This document shows positions 26,788 to 35,357 of a DNA stretch of 64,000 nucleotides, piece by piece. Below the pieces are notes generated by a model, which made no database searches, was not told the DNA's origin, and saw only the letters and a program-made list of their open reading frames with translations. The stretch is from a virus. The position numbers and the translations under genes are program-made. Within the stretch, counting starts at the first letter, position 1. Every line of letters begins with the position of its first letter. The stretch is from IMG/VR virus record IMGVR_UViG_3300037487_001316, positions 1 through 64,000 of that record. One strand, 5' to 3'.

Positions 26788-27839
26788 CAGAAAGAAAAAT
26801 GGCTACAATTAGGAAAATTGCTGAAATAAAAGCAATACCCGAAGCAGATCTAATCTGTGCTTACCGAGTTGATGGTTGGTGGGTAGTCGATACGGTCGGA
26901 AAATACAAGGTTGATGATCTTGTGGTATATGCTGAACCCGACAGCTGGATCCCCCATGAGTTAGCACCTTTCTTGTCTAAAGGTCACGAGCCAAGAACAT
27001 TCAATAGTATAGCAGGTGAAAAGTTAAAGACTGTTCGTTTGCGTGGTCAATTATCTCAGGGTTTATTAATGCCACTCGAACCCACTTGTGCCAATATAGA
27101 ATCTATGTTGTTCGAAGGACTTGATGTTTCTTTCCCTCTTAATATTCAGAGATGGGAAGCTGTTATTCCTGCTGAACTTGCAGGGCAGGCCGCTGGCAAT
27201 TTTCCAAAGTTTATTAAGAAAACCGATCAAGAAAGATGTCAGAATTTATATAGAGAAATCTTTATAGATAATGCCGATGCTAGATATGAAGTGACTATGA
27301 AGTTAGATGGCACTTCTATGACTACATTTTATGTAGATAAAGAAGAAGGTGTTTGTAGCCGTAATTGGGAATTGAAGCTAGATGGACCAAACGAAGGCAA
27401 TACTATGGTTCGTTTGTATGTAGACAGCGGACTACAGGCAGCATTGCGTCAAATTCGGCGAAATTTAGCCATACAAGGCGAACTTATGGGCCCTGGCATA
27501 CAGGGGAATCGCGAAGGTTTAAAGCTGCCTACTTTATTTGTATTTGATATATATGATATAGATGGCAGTGGACAACTTAGCCCCTCTGACCGTAAAAATG
27601 TTATGGATGAATTATATAATGCAGGTGTAAAACCAGACCGGCTTAAACATGTACCTATCCTACACGAAAATGTAAGTCTGAATGATTTAGGTATTCTTAG
27701 TATTAGTGATTTACTAGAAGATGCTGAAGGCCCTAGCCTAGTTCATCCAATCCGTGAAGGTAAAGTGTATAAACGGATTGATGGTCAGTTCTCCTTTAAG
27801 GCTATCTCAAATAGATTCCTTTTAAAAGCGAAAGATTAG
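26784..27839 (+). CDS. ATP-dependent RNA ligase (DRB0094/Rnl2-like family)
   Basis: MKLDGTS motif I; QGELMGPGIQGN; FDI; EGKVYK; FKAISNRFLL; N-terminal RLRGQLSQGL. Confidence 0.9.
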   Translation: MTERKMATIRKIAEIKAIPEADLICAYRVDGWWVVDTVGKYKVDDLVVYAEPDSWIPHELAPFLSKGHEPRTFNSIAGEKLKTVRLRGQLSQGLLMPLEPTCANIESMLFEGLDVSFPLNIQRWEAVIPAELAGQAAGNFPKFIKKTDQERCQNLYREIFIDNADARYEVTMKLDGTSMTTFYVDKEEGVCSRNWELKLDGPNEGNTMVRLYVDSGLQAALRQIRRNLAIQGELMGPGIQGNREGLKLPTLFVFDIYDIDGSGQLSPSDRKNVMDELYNAGVKPDRLKHVPILHENVSLNDLGILSISDLLEDAEGPSLVHPIREGKVYKRIDGQFSFKAISNRFLLKAKD

Positions 27840-27869
27840 GATAAATAGCGTATCGAAGGATACGCTATG
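27840..27869 (+). promoter_or_regulatory. late promoter overlapping an RBS-sequestering hairpin
   Basis: GATAAATA then ATAGCGTATC-GAAG-GATACGCTAT covering AAGGA and the start codon. Confidence 0.6.
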
Positions 27870-28634
27870 AGATTGCAAGAGTTATTTGAGACTACAGAAG
27901 AAGACAGGGCATTAATTTCTCTGTCTTCCGCCATTTATGCGCGATTACAACAGTATATTAATATTGATCAAGATTATACCGACGAAGATGAAGAAGTAGT
28001 TGCCCTAGGTAAGATTGGTGATTTATTTGATACCCCTATAGGCGTATTAAACAATGTTGGCATCGAATTACAGGGCGGCGAACCTTTTGTAAGAAGAGCC
28101 AAGAGTATAGATGCAGCTGATGCCGTAAAAATTTCAGATAAGATTATTCTAGCAATATGGGACGATACCACTAAATCTGTTGTGTTCAATATAGACTATT
28201 TGGACTCTGATCGGATGAGGACAACAATTACCCATGAACTAAGACATGCATTGGATGAATACAAGTCTGGATCATATCCCCCGAGTCCTAAAAATAAGAC
28301 TCCAGAATTAACAAACAGATATTTTACACCAAAGAAAAAAGAACACCGTAAAGATGATCCTTATAGCACAGCACAATATCGCGCTCAACCTGCAGAAATA
28401 AATGCAAGATTTACCGAAGTATTAGATACATTGGCAACAAGAATCATTCCTAGGGCTAATAAATTATCATCCGATCAAGCCCGACCAAAAATTATGCATG
28501 ATCTTAATCATCTTCTTATAAAGTACGGGATAGCAGATTTATTTCCAGAAAGAACACAGTCAAGAGATTATAAAAGACTCATAAAACGTGCTGTAGACTT
28601 CATAGATAAAGAATTAGCACATCTAAACAGTTAA
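27867..28634 (+). CDS. HExxH zinc-metalloprotein, possible head-internal protein
   Basis: ITHELRHALD and PAEINAR; N-terminus MRLQELFE. Confidence 0.55.
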   Translation: MRLQELFETTEEDRALISLSSAIYARLQQYINIDQDYTDEDEEVVALGKIGDLFDTPIGVLNNVGIELQGGEPFVRRAKSIDAADAVKISDKIILAIWDDTTKSVVFNIDYLDSDRMRTTITHELRHALDEYKSGSYPPSPKNKTPELTNRYFTPKKKEHRKDDPYSTAQYRAQPAEINARFTEVLDTLATRIIPRANKLSSDQARPKIMHDLNHLLIKYGIADLFPERTQSRDYKRLIKRAVDFIDKELAHLNS

Positions 28635-28720
28635 ATAGTCTGTTTTTGGCCTATATTCGCAATGAATTTAGGTTGACTGTATAACTAAAACACTATACAA
28701 TACAACTTGTATAATTACAA

Positions 28721-28988
28721 AGAGTGGATACAGCAAACCAAATTATGCCGAAAGGCAACTACTGGCGATTGCTTAAAATATACATAACGGAGGGAGATGC
28801 GTAAGCACCAACCGTTGAAGTTGTGTATTAACAAACTTAATGGAGCCAACCAAATGGGAAGCTGTGAAGTTAGGTAAGTGTGCAATCAAACCACACGGGC
28901 AGTGGTAAACAATCCCAAAACGGTGGTAAGGCTTCGTTAGTAATATATGGTTCTTCGGAACAGCAATATTATCCCTTACACCACTCTG
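28721..28988 (+). ncRNA. CAGCA-stem element 1 (Y-RNA-like family)
   Basis: AGAGTGG-ATA-CAGCAA ... CCACTCT-G; sigma70-like promoter about 28674..28701. Confidence 0.55.
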
Positions 28989-29060
28989 TTTTCAATTAAG
29001 TTCTGGTTTATTTGACAAAGATAATTTGTTCAAGTAAACTAGCACACTTGTAGACATTAA

Positions 29061-29184
29061 AGGGTAGGTTCAGCAGTAATAAAATACTAAGAACGTTACT
29101 ACTATGCGGACATCAAACTCCGCATAATTTTAACAAGGTGAGGTCTATCTCTCACTTGAATAAAAAGATATAAAAACTATCCTG
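29061..29184 (+). ncRNA. CAGCA-stem element 2
   Basis: AGGGTAG-GTT-CAGCAG ... CTATCCT-G; TTGACA-N17-TAAACT upstream. Confidence 0.55.
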
Positions 29185-29199
29185 TTTTTATAATTTTAA

Positions 29200-29303
29200 A
29201 AGATCGTTTCAGCAATAAAATCTTAAAGCAAAACCGCGTGATGGGGTTCGACTCCCTACTAGTAGTGTATCGGTAGCACAGTGGTAAAAGAAATGCGATC
29301 TTG
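29200..29303 (+). ncRNA. CAGCA-stem element 3 with permuted tRNA-like domain (YrlA-like)
   Basis: AAGATCG-TTT-CAGCAA ... T arm GGGG-TTCGACT-CCCT before D-like GTGTATCGGTAGCAC ... CGATCTT-G. Confidence 0.65.
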
Positions 29304-29309
29304 ATTTAA

Positions 29310-29346
29310 AGAATTTGAACAGCAATCACGTAAATTAACAATTCTG
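29310..29346 (+). ncRNA. CAGCA-stem element 4, minimal, abutting the RBS of the Ro-like gene
   Basis: AGAATT-TGAA-CAGCAA ... AATTCT-G directly before AAGGAG. Confidence 0.55.
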
Positions 29347-29360
29347 AAGGAGAAAGTAAA

Positions 29361-30794
29361 ATGACAACATTATTTGAAGCAGTAAACGCAACAGCAGTAA
29401 CAGCCAATGGCGCCGTTACAAACGCATCCTCGTTGAACAAGAACGTGGACCTATTTTTCTTGGCCGGTGCAAGCCGTGGCAAGGATATTATCCCTACTTT
29501 CGCTGGTGCGATGGTGGAAGACTCTGAAGTGGCAGTTCGTGTTCTTGAATGGGCTCGTGATGCACGTGGCGGAGCAGGTGAACGCGAAACCTTCCGTAAG
29601 TTGTTTGGTTATTTGCTCAAGACTGAACCAGCAATGGCTTCGCGTCTTATGGTGAATATTCCTGAACTTGGTCGTTGGGATGACTTGTTCATTGCCTTCG
29701 GTACCACACTGGAACGCGAAGCATTGCGTATGATTTCCTTTGCGTTGAATGACGTTAAGGACGGATTGTGCGCTAAGTGGATGCCGCGTCAAGGTGCGGA
29801 AGCCAACAAGGTTCGCGCATACATGCGTCTAACACCAAAGCAGTATCGTAAGTTATTGGTTGGTCTGTCCAACACTGTTGAACAGAAGATGTGTGCTCAG
29901 GCCTGGTCTGGAATTGTGTATCCGCACGTTCCGTCAGTTGCTGCTGGCCGCTACCAAAAGGCTTTCTTGAAGCACGACCCGAAGGGTTATGCTGATTACA
30001 AGGCTAAGTTGGTTACAGGCGAAGCTAAGATCAACGCAAGCGTTTCGTATCCGTACGATGTTATCCGCTCGTTGACAAAGGGTGATCGTGAAGTCGCAAT
30101 CGCACAGTGGAAGGCTCTGCCGAACTACTTAGAAGGTTCCGATGAAAACATCATGCCAGTTGTTGACGTGTCGGGATCGATGGGTTCTGTTGCATCTGGT
30201 AGCGTAACTGCGCTAGATGTTGCAATCTCGTTGGGATTGTATGTGTCTGAACGCATGGGCGGTGTATTTAAGGACCAGTTCATTACTTTCTCTGGTGCAC
30301 CAGAAATGTTGCATTTGAAGGGTGACTTAGGTCAGCGTTATGACCAGATGGCTCGTTCCGACTGGGGTATGAACACTGACTTAGGTGCAGTATTCAAGTT
30401 AATCTTGAAGGCAGCAGTAAAGAGCAATGTAGACCAGAAGGATATGCCGACAAAGATCTTGATCTTGTCTGACATGGAATTCGACTCCTGTGTAACAACA
30501 GGTGGAAGTGGTGTACGTCGTAGCTACAATTCGACAGGTGGATCTGCAGTGAGCGTAAGCGCAATGGAGTTCATCGAAGCAGAATATGCGGCAGCTGGTT
30601 ACAAGGTTCCGCAGGTTGTGTTCTGGAACTTGAATGGCCGTGCTGGTAACAGCCCGGTAACATACAACAAGGCTGGAGCAGCATTGGTTTCTGGATTCTC
30701 GCCAAGCATCGTTAAGTCGGTGTTGGGTGGTGAAGAGATGACACCGATTAGCATCATGCTTAAGACTGTAATGGTACAGCGTTACGATTTCTAA
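29361..30794 (+). CDS. TROVE/Ro60-like helical protein with C-terminal vWA domain (DUF2828-like)
   Basis: WARDARGGAGER; GRWDDL; AKWMPR; MIDAS VVDVSGSM; ILSDMEFD; VFWNL; SGFS. Confidence 0.75.
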   Translation: MTTLFEAVNATAVTANGAVTNASSLNKNVDLFFLAGASRGKDIIPTFAGAMVEDSEVAVRVLEWARDARGGAGERETFRKLFGYLLKTEPAMASRLMVNIPELGRWDDLFIAFGTTLEREALRMISFALNDVKDGLCAKWMPRQGAEANKVRAYMRLTPKQYRKLLVGLSNTVEQKMCAQAWSGIVYPHVPSVAAGRYQKAFLKHDPKGYADYKAKLVTGEAKINASVSYPYDVIRSLTKGDREVAIAQWKALPNYLEGSDENIMPVVDVSGSMGSVASGSVTALDVAISLGLYVSERMGGVFKDQFITFSGAPEMLHLKGDLGQRYDQMARSDWGMNTDLGAVFKLILKAAVKSNVDQKDMPTKILILSDMEFDSCVTTGGSGVRRSYNSTGGSAVSVSAMEFIEAEYAAAGYKVPQVVFWNLNGRAGNSPVTYNKAGAALVSGFSPSIVKSVLGGEEMTPISIMLKTVMVQRYDF

Positions 30795-30807
30795 AAAAAT
30801 TGTAGAT

Positions 30808-30838
30808 AGAAGGAAGGGGCCACAGCCCCTTCCTTCTT
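30808..30838 (+). terminator. intrinsic terminator
   Basis: AGAAGGAAGGGGC-CACA-GCCCCTTCCTTCT. Confidence 0.65.
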
Positions 30839-30895
30839 GATCTTAGTTCCAAAAAGATAAATATACTGCATTAGTAAATATTACAGGAGGTTACT

Positions 30896-31078
30896 ATGAA
30901 GAAAAGTTTATTAGCTATGGTGGTTGTTGCATTTGCATTAGGTGCTTGTAGCAAATTTCAAGATTCGCCAGAACAAGTACAGTTTCGCGCATTCTTAGAA
31001 CATTGCAAGGCTGCGCCAACGACAGCAGAGTGCAAGGCATACGCAGATTTAAAGAAAGATGCCGGCGGACCTAATTAA
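30896..31078 (+). CDS. small lipoprotein
   Basis: GGAGG RBS; lipobox LGAC. Confidence 0.7.
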   Translation: MKKSLLAMVVVAFALGACSKFQDSPEQVQFRAFLEHCKAAPTTAECKAYADLKKDAGGPN

Positions 31079-31093
31079 TATCAGTTATTAATA

Positions 31094-31123
31094 TAAAATA
31101 GGGATCAATGATCCCTATTTTTA
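31094..31123 (+). terminator. intrinsic terminator
   Basis: AAAATAGGGATCA-A-TGATCCCTATTTT. Confidence 0.6.
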
Positions 31124-31157
31124 TGACTATGTTATACCATGTGATAAATAAAACATT

Positions 31158-31233
31158 GCGGGGTTAGCTCAGTTGGTAGAGCGTAACTTTGCCAAAGTTA
31201 AGGTCGACGGTTCGAACCCGTTACCCCGCTCCA
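31158..31233 (+). tRNA. tRNA-Gly(GCC)
   Basis: Canonical cloverleaf, TT-GCC-AA, TCCA end. Confidence 0.92.
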
Positions 31234-31238
31234 GTTTA

Positions 31239-31320
31239 AGAATGGTTACTGCCTTCACTTAGATCAGACTCTTTGAAAAATAAATAATCGTGCATTGCAG
31301 TCCCTTTGCACACCATTCTG
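31239..31320 (+). ncRNA. variant CAGCA-stem element (CTGCC)
   Basis: AGAATGG-TTA-CTGCC ... CCATTCT-G, same architecture as 28721..28988. Confidence 0.4.
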
Positions 31321-31343
31321 TTTTGAATTTATGAGAGAATAAT

Positions 31344-31763
31344 ATGAAAAAATTGTGTGCTGTGTTACTATTGAGTTTAATTTCTATGTCATCCTTTGCT
31401 ACAGATATAACCTTGCCAATTACCAAGGTTGTTGATGGCGATACAATTAGTACACGGCTTGCTTTACCGTGTCCTCTGTGTGCTGTATCTATAAGAATTC
31501 GGGGAATCGATACACCAGAATCTACCTATCTAGCAGAGTGCCCTGCTGAAAAGGAAAAAGGACTCGCAGCGAAGAAATATTTAACTAATTTTGTCACAGG
31601 CCAACTCTCTATGATTGCTCGTGATATTAAATGGGATAAGTATGGTGGTCGAATAGATGCCGTTGTAGAAATAAATGGTGTAAATATTGGTGATGAAATG
31701 CTTAAACAAGGTCATGCTAAACCGTATACTGGTTCGGGTCCGAAACCCGATTGGTGTGCTTGA
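31344..31763 (+). CDS. secreted thermonuclease (SNase family)
   Basis: VVDGDT; IRIRGIDTPE; DKYGGR; signal peptide. Confidence 0.9.
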   Translation: MKKLCAVLLLSLISMSSFATDITLPITKVVDGDTISTRLALPCPLCAVSIRIRGIDTPESTYLAECPAEKEKGLAAKKYLTNFVTGQLSMIARDIKWDKYGGRIDAVVEINGVNIGDEMLKQGHAKPYTGSGPKPDWCA

Positions 31764-31807
31764 TCAAAGACATAACTAGTGTTATAATAACTTATAAATA
31801 AGATTAC

Positions 31808-31882
31808 GCCCGATTGGCTCAGGGGTAGAGCAACCGCCTTGTAAGCGGTAGGTCGTCTGTTCGAATCAGACATTGGGCACCA
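31808..31882 (+). tRNA. tRNA-Thr(TGT)
   Basis: ACCGC-CT TGT AA-GCGGT; CCA end. Confidence 0.92.
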
Positions 31883-31893
31883 GGTTATAATAA

Positions 31894-31967
31894 GCGGGAT
31901 TGGCATATTGGTTGTGTCCTAGCCTTCCAAGCTAGTTAAAGGAGTTCGATTCTCCTATCCCGCTCCA
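31894..31967 (+). tRNA. tRNA-Gly(TCC)
   Basis: CTAGC-CT TCC AA-GCTAG; TCCA end. Confidence 0.9.
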
Positions 31968-32003
31968 GTAGAGGATAAATAATGTTTTGGCCTTGGAGGC
32001 ATT

Positions 32004-32114
32004 ATGATTAATTTAGTAATTGGTATTGCAATTGGTGCGGCATTTGCACCGTTCTGGATGATGGTGTGGGGCCAGATTAAGGCATGGTGGGCAGCGTTCA
32101 ACGCTAAGAGGTAG
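32004..32114 (+). CDS. 36-aa membrane peptide
   Basis: GGAGG RBS; MINLVIGIAIGAAFAPFWMMVWAQIKAWWAAFNAKR. Confidence 0.6.
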   Translation: MINLVIGIAIGAAFAPFWMMVWGQIKAWWAAFNAKR

Positions 32115-32121
32115 AGAATTT

Positions 32122-32195
32122 GTCGGCGTAATTCAATGGTAGAATAGGCTCCTTATAAGGGCTCAAATCAGGTCCGATTCCTGACGTCGATACCA
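32122..32195 (+). tRNA. tRNA-Ile(TAT)
   Basis: GGCTC-CT TAT AA-GGGCT; acceptor GTCGGCG/CGTCGAT-ACCA. Confidence 0.8.
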
Positions 32196-32203
32196 ACTTT
32201 TAA

Positions 32204-32315
32204 AGTATAGTTTCAGCAAAATAAAATCTTATCATAAAAGACCGGACGTGGTTCGATTCCACGGTTCTTCGAAAGAGGAATTATTGTAATGGTAGCATGT
32301 TAAAAAACTATACTG
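32204..32315 (+). ncRNA. CAGCA-stem element with permuted tRNA-like domain (YrlA-like)
   Basis: AGTATAG-TTT-CAGCAA ... CGTGG-TTCGATT-CCACG, GTTCTTC-GAAA-GAGGAAT, D-like TGTAATGGTAGCA ... CTATACT-G. Confidence 0.7.
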
Positions 32316-32385
32316 AATATATAATCGTGATTTAATACAAAATATTTTAAACTAGATAAATAGTTTAGATATAAGGTGCTAAATT

Positions 32386-32805
32386 ATGGGTAAGAAAGGC
32401 GTATATAGTGATCCTCTGTGCAAAACATGTGGAGACACTGATCCTTCACATTTCTTCAGAAGAATGAAATCGATGTGTGGAAAGTGCCATTCGAAGGACA
32501 TAGGAAGAAGGTTAATAAATTCGAGAGAAAAGGCAATAGAATATAAAGGTGGAAAATGCGAAAGTTGTGGGTATGATAGGTACCGTGGAGCATTAGAATT
32601 TCATCATAAGGACCCTGCTGAAAAGGATCCTTTAGGATTAAGAGCGTATAAACTTGAGAGACTGTATGCTGAGGTTGATAAGTGTATTTTACTTTGTGCA
32701 AACTGCCATAGAGAGGAACACGGGAGACTCCGGCTAGAAGAAAAGGAAGATAGGCTGCATGGCGCGGAAACGGTCTTGAAAACCGTCCCATTTAGTAATA
32801 GGTGA
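32386..32805 (+). CDS. HNH homing endonuclease
   Basis: GGKCESCGY..ALEFHHKDP..KCILLCANCHREEH; 3' end overlaps tRNA-Ser. Confidence 0.85.
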   Translation: MGKKGVYSDPLCKTCGDTDPSHFFRRMKSMCGKCHSKDIGRRLINSREKAIEYKGGKCESCGYDRYRGALEFHHKDPAEKDPLGLRAYKLERLYAEVDKCILLCANCHREEHGRLRLEEKEDRLHGAETVLKTVPFSNR

Positions 32806-32831
32806 CAGTTCGATTCTGTTATCTTCCTCCA
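32745..32831 (+). tRNA. tRNA-Ser(TGA) with 8/4 cloverleaf
   Basis: GGAAGATA/TATCTTCC-TCCA; ACAG/CTGT T stem; ACGGT-CT TGA AA-ACCGT. Confidence 0.85.
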
Positions 32832-32864
32832 CATTTTCCTCCATCTGTTATGATAAATATGCTA

Positions 32865-33095
32865 ATGAAAGCATCAGAAATATTATGTGAGAAGCCAGTT
32901 GAATCAAGTTGGATTACTGACTTGGTATATAACAGGCCGAATAAGACTCTCACTATGAGATTATCAAATGGTATGTCTTACTCGATCCCGGGTATTACAA
33001 GGACAACATTTGAGAGATGGGTTAAATCACCATCAAAGGGTAGATATTTCCAAGAGAAGATTAGAGATACCTATCAAGTAAGTAGATTAAAATAG
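32865..33095 (+). CDS. KTSC domain protein
   Basis: VESSWITDLVYN..LTMRL..YSIPG...SPSKGRYF..IRDTY. Confidence 0.8.
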   Translation: MKASEILCEKPVESSWITDLVYNRPNKTLTMRLSNGMSYSIPGITRTTFERWVKSPSKGRYFQEKIRDTYQVSRLK

Positions 33096-33169
33096 CATCT
33101 GTAACTCAATGGTAGAGTCCTACATTGACATTGTAGTGGTAGAAGGTCCGATTCCTTCCAGATGCACCA
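33095..33169 (+). tRNA. tRNA-Val(GAC)
   Basis: CTACA-TT GAC AT-TGTAG; CCA end. Confidence 0.88.
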
Positions 33170-33174
33170 AATAA

Positions 33175-33249
33175 CTGGCGTTCGTATAGTGGAGAATACA
33201 AGAGTCTTCTAAGCTCTTAACAGTGGTTCGATTCCACTACGCCGGACCA
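33175..33249 (+). tRNA. tRNA-Arg(TCT)
   Basis: AGAGT-CT TCT AA-GCTCT; CCA end. Confidence 0.88.
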
Positions 33250-33269
33250 GTTTTAAATGAAAGAAATAA

Positions 33270-33749
33270 ATGACACACAATTTTACATTTTTTTGGCAAA
33301 ATAGATCACCGTTCTCTAATTGGTATCCTAGTATTTTTACGCATAACGGTATTACCTTTTCACGAGGCGAACAATACATGATGTATCAAAAAGCTATTAT
33401 GTTTGGCGATATTAATACTGCTCATGCCATTTTATTAACAGGTAATCCTAAAGAACAAAAAGATTTAGGCAGAATGGTATCTAATTACAATGATGCTGTC
33501 TGGTCAGCGAAAAGAGTTGAAATAATGGTAGAAGGTTTATTTGAAAAATTTAACCAAAATCCTTTATTGAAAGAAGCATTGTTAAATACAGGCGATACAA
33601 TAATTGTAGAAGCAAGCCCTGTTGATAAGATCTGGGGAATTGGTCTAGCCGAAGATGATCCACGTGCATTAGATCAATCAAAATGGTTAGGCCAGAATCT
33701 ATTAGGCATTACCTTAATGCAGGTTAGAGATGCAATCAGAAAACTTTAA
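33270..33749 (+). CDS. NADAR (YbiA-like) N-glycosidase
   Basis: FSNWY; EQYMMYQKA; KFNQN; VEASPVDKIWGIG; GQNLLG. Confidence 0.9.
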   Translation: MTHNFTFFWQNRSPFSNWYPSIFTHNGITFSRGEQYMMYQKAIMFGDINTAHAILLTGNPKEQKDLGRMVSNYNDAVWSAKRVEIMVEGLFEKFNQNPLLKEALLNTGDTIIVEASPVDKIWGIGLAEDDPRALDQSKWLGQNLLGITLMQVRDAIRKL

Positions 33750-34203
33750 AGAAAAATTAGATATGGGGATAGACGCAGAAAATCTCGTCTATCCTTACTT
33801 AGTGGCACATAATAGTTATGTAGAAGACTTGCGCCAACAGAAACATGGCGAGTTTGCCGGTCCACGTTTATGTGGCACAGAAGGTAAAGTAGTTCTTCCT
33901 GATTTCCTAGTTTACAATAAAAATCCTTCTAAAGGTACCTTTGCTGTAGATGTTAAATCTAAAAATTCTATCTATACAATAAACGGTAAGAAATGTTTTA
34001 CAGTAGATGACAAATACGAAGATTATAAAAAAGCAGCACAAATCAAACGATTAGATTATCTAGCAATTATCTTTGTCTATGAAGACAGGATGTATATGTA
34101 TAAAGAATCTGATTGCAAAGGCATGCATCAATATACACCTGGCGCATATGGAAATGGCCGTGTATATTATTTCGAATTTGATAAATCCACGATGGTGTAT
34201 TAA
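33730..34203 (+). CDS. PD-(D/E)xK nuclease-like protein
   Basis: LPDF....AVDVKSK. Confidence 0.55.
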   Translation: MQSENFKEKLDMGIDAENLVYPYLVAHNSYVEDLRQQKHGEFAGPRLCGTEGKVVLPDFLVYNKNPSKGTFAVDVKSKNSIYTINGKKCFTVDDKYEDYKKAAQIKRLDYLAIIFVYEDRMYMYKESDCKGMHQYTPGAYGNGRVYYFEFDKSTMVY

Positions 34204-34204
34204 C

Positions 34205-34471
34205 ATGGAAGGGAGTTATGCGCCTGGCCCCAGAAGCAACAGAGATTCATTCTTTAATAAGATGAAGAAGAAAACAGATGTTCAGGCTGTGCTTGATAAT
34301 CTAGATGGTTATACTGTTGAACAACTTACTAATTTAGAAGGATCTCATTTCCCACAATGGATAAGAGATGCACTAGTAAGAAAGAAAGAAGGTATGACTA
34401 AGGCTGATATACAGGCTCGTGTAGAAGAAATTGCCGCAAGAATGATAGCGGCAAGTAATAAGGATAATTAA
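34205..34471 (+). CDS. hypothetical protein
   Basis: ORF from ATG 34205. Confidence 0.5.
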   Translation: MEGSYAPGPRSNRDSFFNKMKKKTDVQAVLDNLDGYTVEQLTNLEGSHFPQWIRDALVRKKEGMTKADIQARVEEIAARMIAASNKDN

Positions 34472-34472
34472 G

Positions 34473-34685
34473 ATGGCATCGTTTTTTAAGGAGGGCGATA
34501 AATTGTCCTTCGAGGGTTTTAAAGGTAATATAATTAAGATAACAGAAACATATCGGAAGAATGTTATTGTATTAAAGGTTACAGAATTATCTAGACATAA
34601 ATCGTTTATTGGTAAGAAAATTGAGACAATTGGTTTATTTGAATACCCTGATGGTACATTAGAATTTATGTCTATCATAGATTGA
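34473..34685 (+). CDS. hypothetical protein
   Basis: AAGGA RBS. Confidence 0.55.
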   Translation: MASFFKEGDKLSFEGFKGNIIKITETYRKNVIVLKVTELSRHKSFIGKKIETIGLFEYPDGTLEFMSIID

Positions 34686-34755
34686 CTTTTATAAACAATA
34701 TCTATATAATTATAGTACGGAACAAGATAAGTAATACCGTATAAAGGGATATTAA

Positions 34756-34989
34756 ATGAAGGTAGAAATTTACGGTAAAGATTTATGCACCTATTGCGAT
34801 CAAGCAGTTGCATTATGCGAAAGTAAAGAGATAGAATATAATTATATAGATGTTGCTGTCGGAGAAAATCTAAAATTCTTGACAGAAAGAATGGGTACCA
34901 GGCCACGTACTGTTCCACAGATATTTTTAGACGGAATGTATTTGCCCGGTGGTTTTAGTGGACTTAAACAGGAACTAGCTAAAAGCTAA
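34756..34989 (+). CDS. glutaredoxin
   Basis: CTYC active site; RTVPQIF; GGF. Confidence 0.9.
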   Translation: MKVEIYGKDLCTYCDQAVALCESKEIEYNYIDVAVGENLKFLTERMGTRPRTVPQIFLDGMYLPGGFSGLKQELAKS

Positions 34990-34998
34990 GAAACAGAT

Positions 34999-35172
34999 AT
35001 GCCGAAAAGATCACCGTACGAGGACGATTACGAATACGATGATAACGACGAATACGATGAAAAACATCGTACTCACCGTTATAAGAAAGAAGATAGAGAA
35101 CCCGAAAAGAAAAAGAGATGGGATCGGGAAAATAATTATGATCATGGTAATAATCACAATGATCGTAGGTAA
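34999..35172 (+). CDS. small highly charged protein (57 aa)
   Basis: MPKRSPYEDDYEYDDNDEYDEKHRTHRYKKEDRE... Confidence 0.45.
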   Translation: MPKRSPYEDDYEYDDNDEYDEKHRTHRYKKEDREPEKKKRWDRENNYDHGNNHNDRR

Positions 35173-35182
35173 ATAGTTTATA

Positions 35183-35271
35183 GGAAGATAGATTGCTTGG
35201 AGCATAAACAGCCTCGAAAACTGCTCCACTTTGAAATATAGGTGATGGTTCGATTCCATTATCTTCCGCCA
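35183..35271 (+). tRNA. tRNA-Ser(CGA) with 8/4 cloverleaf
   Basis: GGAAGATA/TATCTTCC-GCCA; ATGG/CCAT T stem; loop CT-CGA-AA; weak anticodon stem. Confidence 0.75.
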
Positions 35272-35276
35272 AATAA

Positions 35277-35351
35277 CTCGCTATAGTTCAATGGATAGAA
35301 TAGGAGTTTCCTAAACTTTAGATGTAGGTTCGATTCCTACTAGCGGGACCA
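35277..35351 (+). tRNA. tRNA-Arg(CCT)
   Basis: GGAGT-TT CCT AA-ACTTT; CCA end. Confidence 0.88.
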
Positions 35352-35357
35352 CACATT

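Noticed and set aside
28721-29346. CRISPR array
   Set aside because: Units share only a 5-6 nt motif and a stem, have very unequal lengths, and no cas genes are present
32745-32831. Opal suppressor tRNA
   Set aside because: Anticodon TGA reads UCA (Ser); an opal suppressor would need TCA
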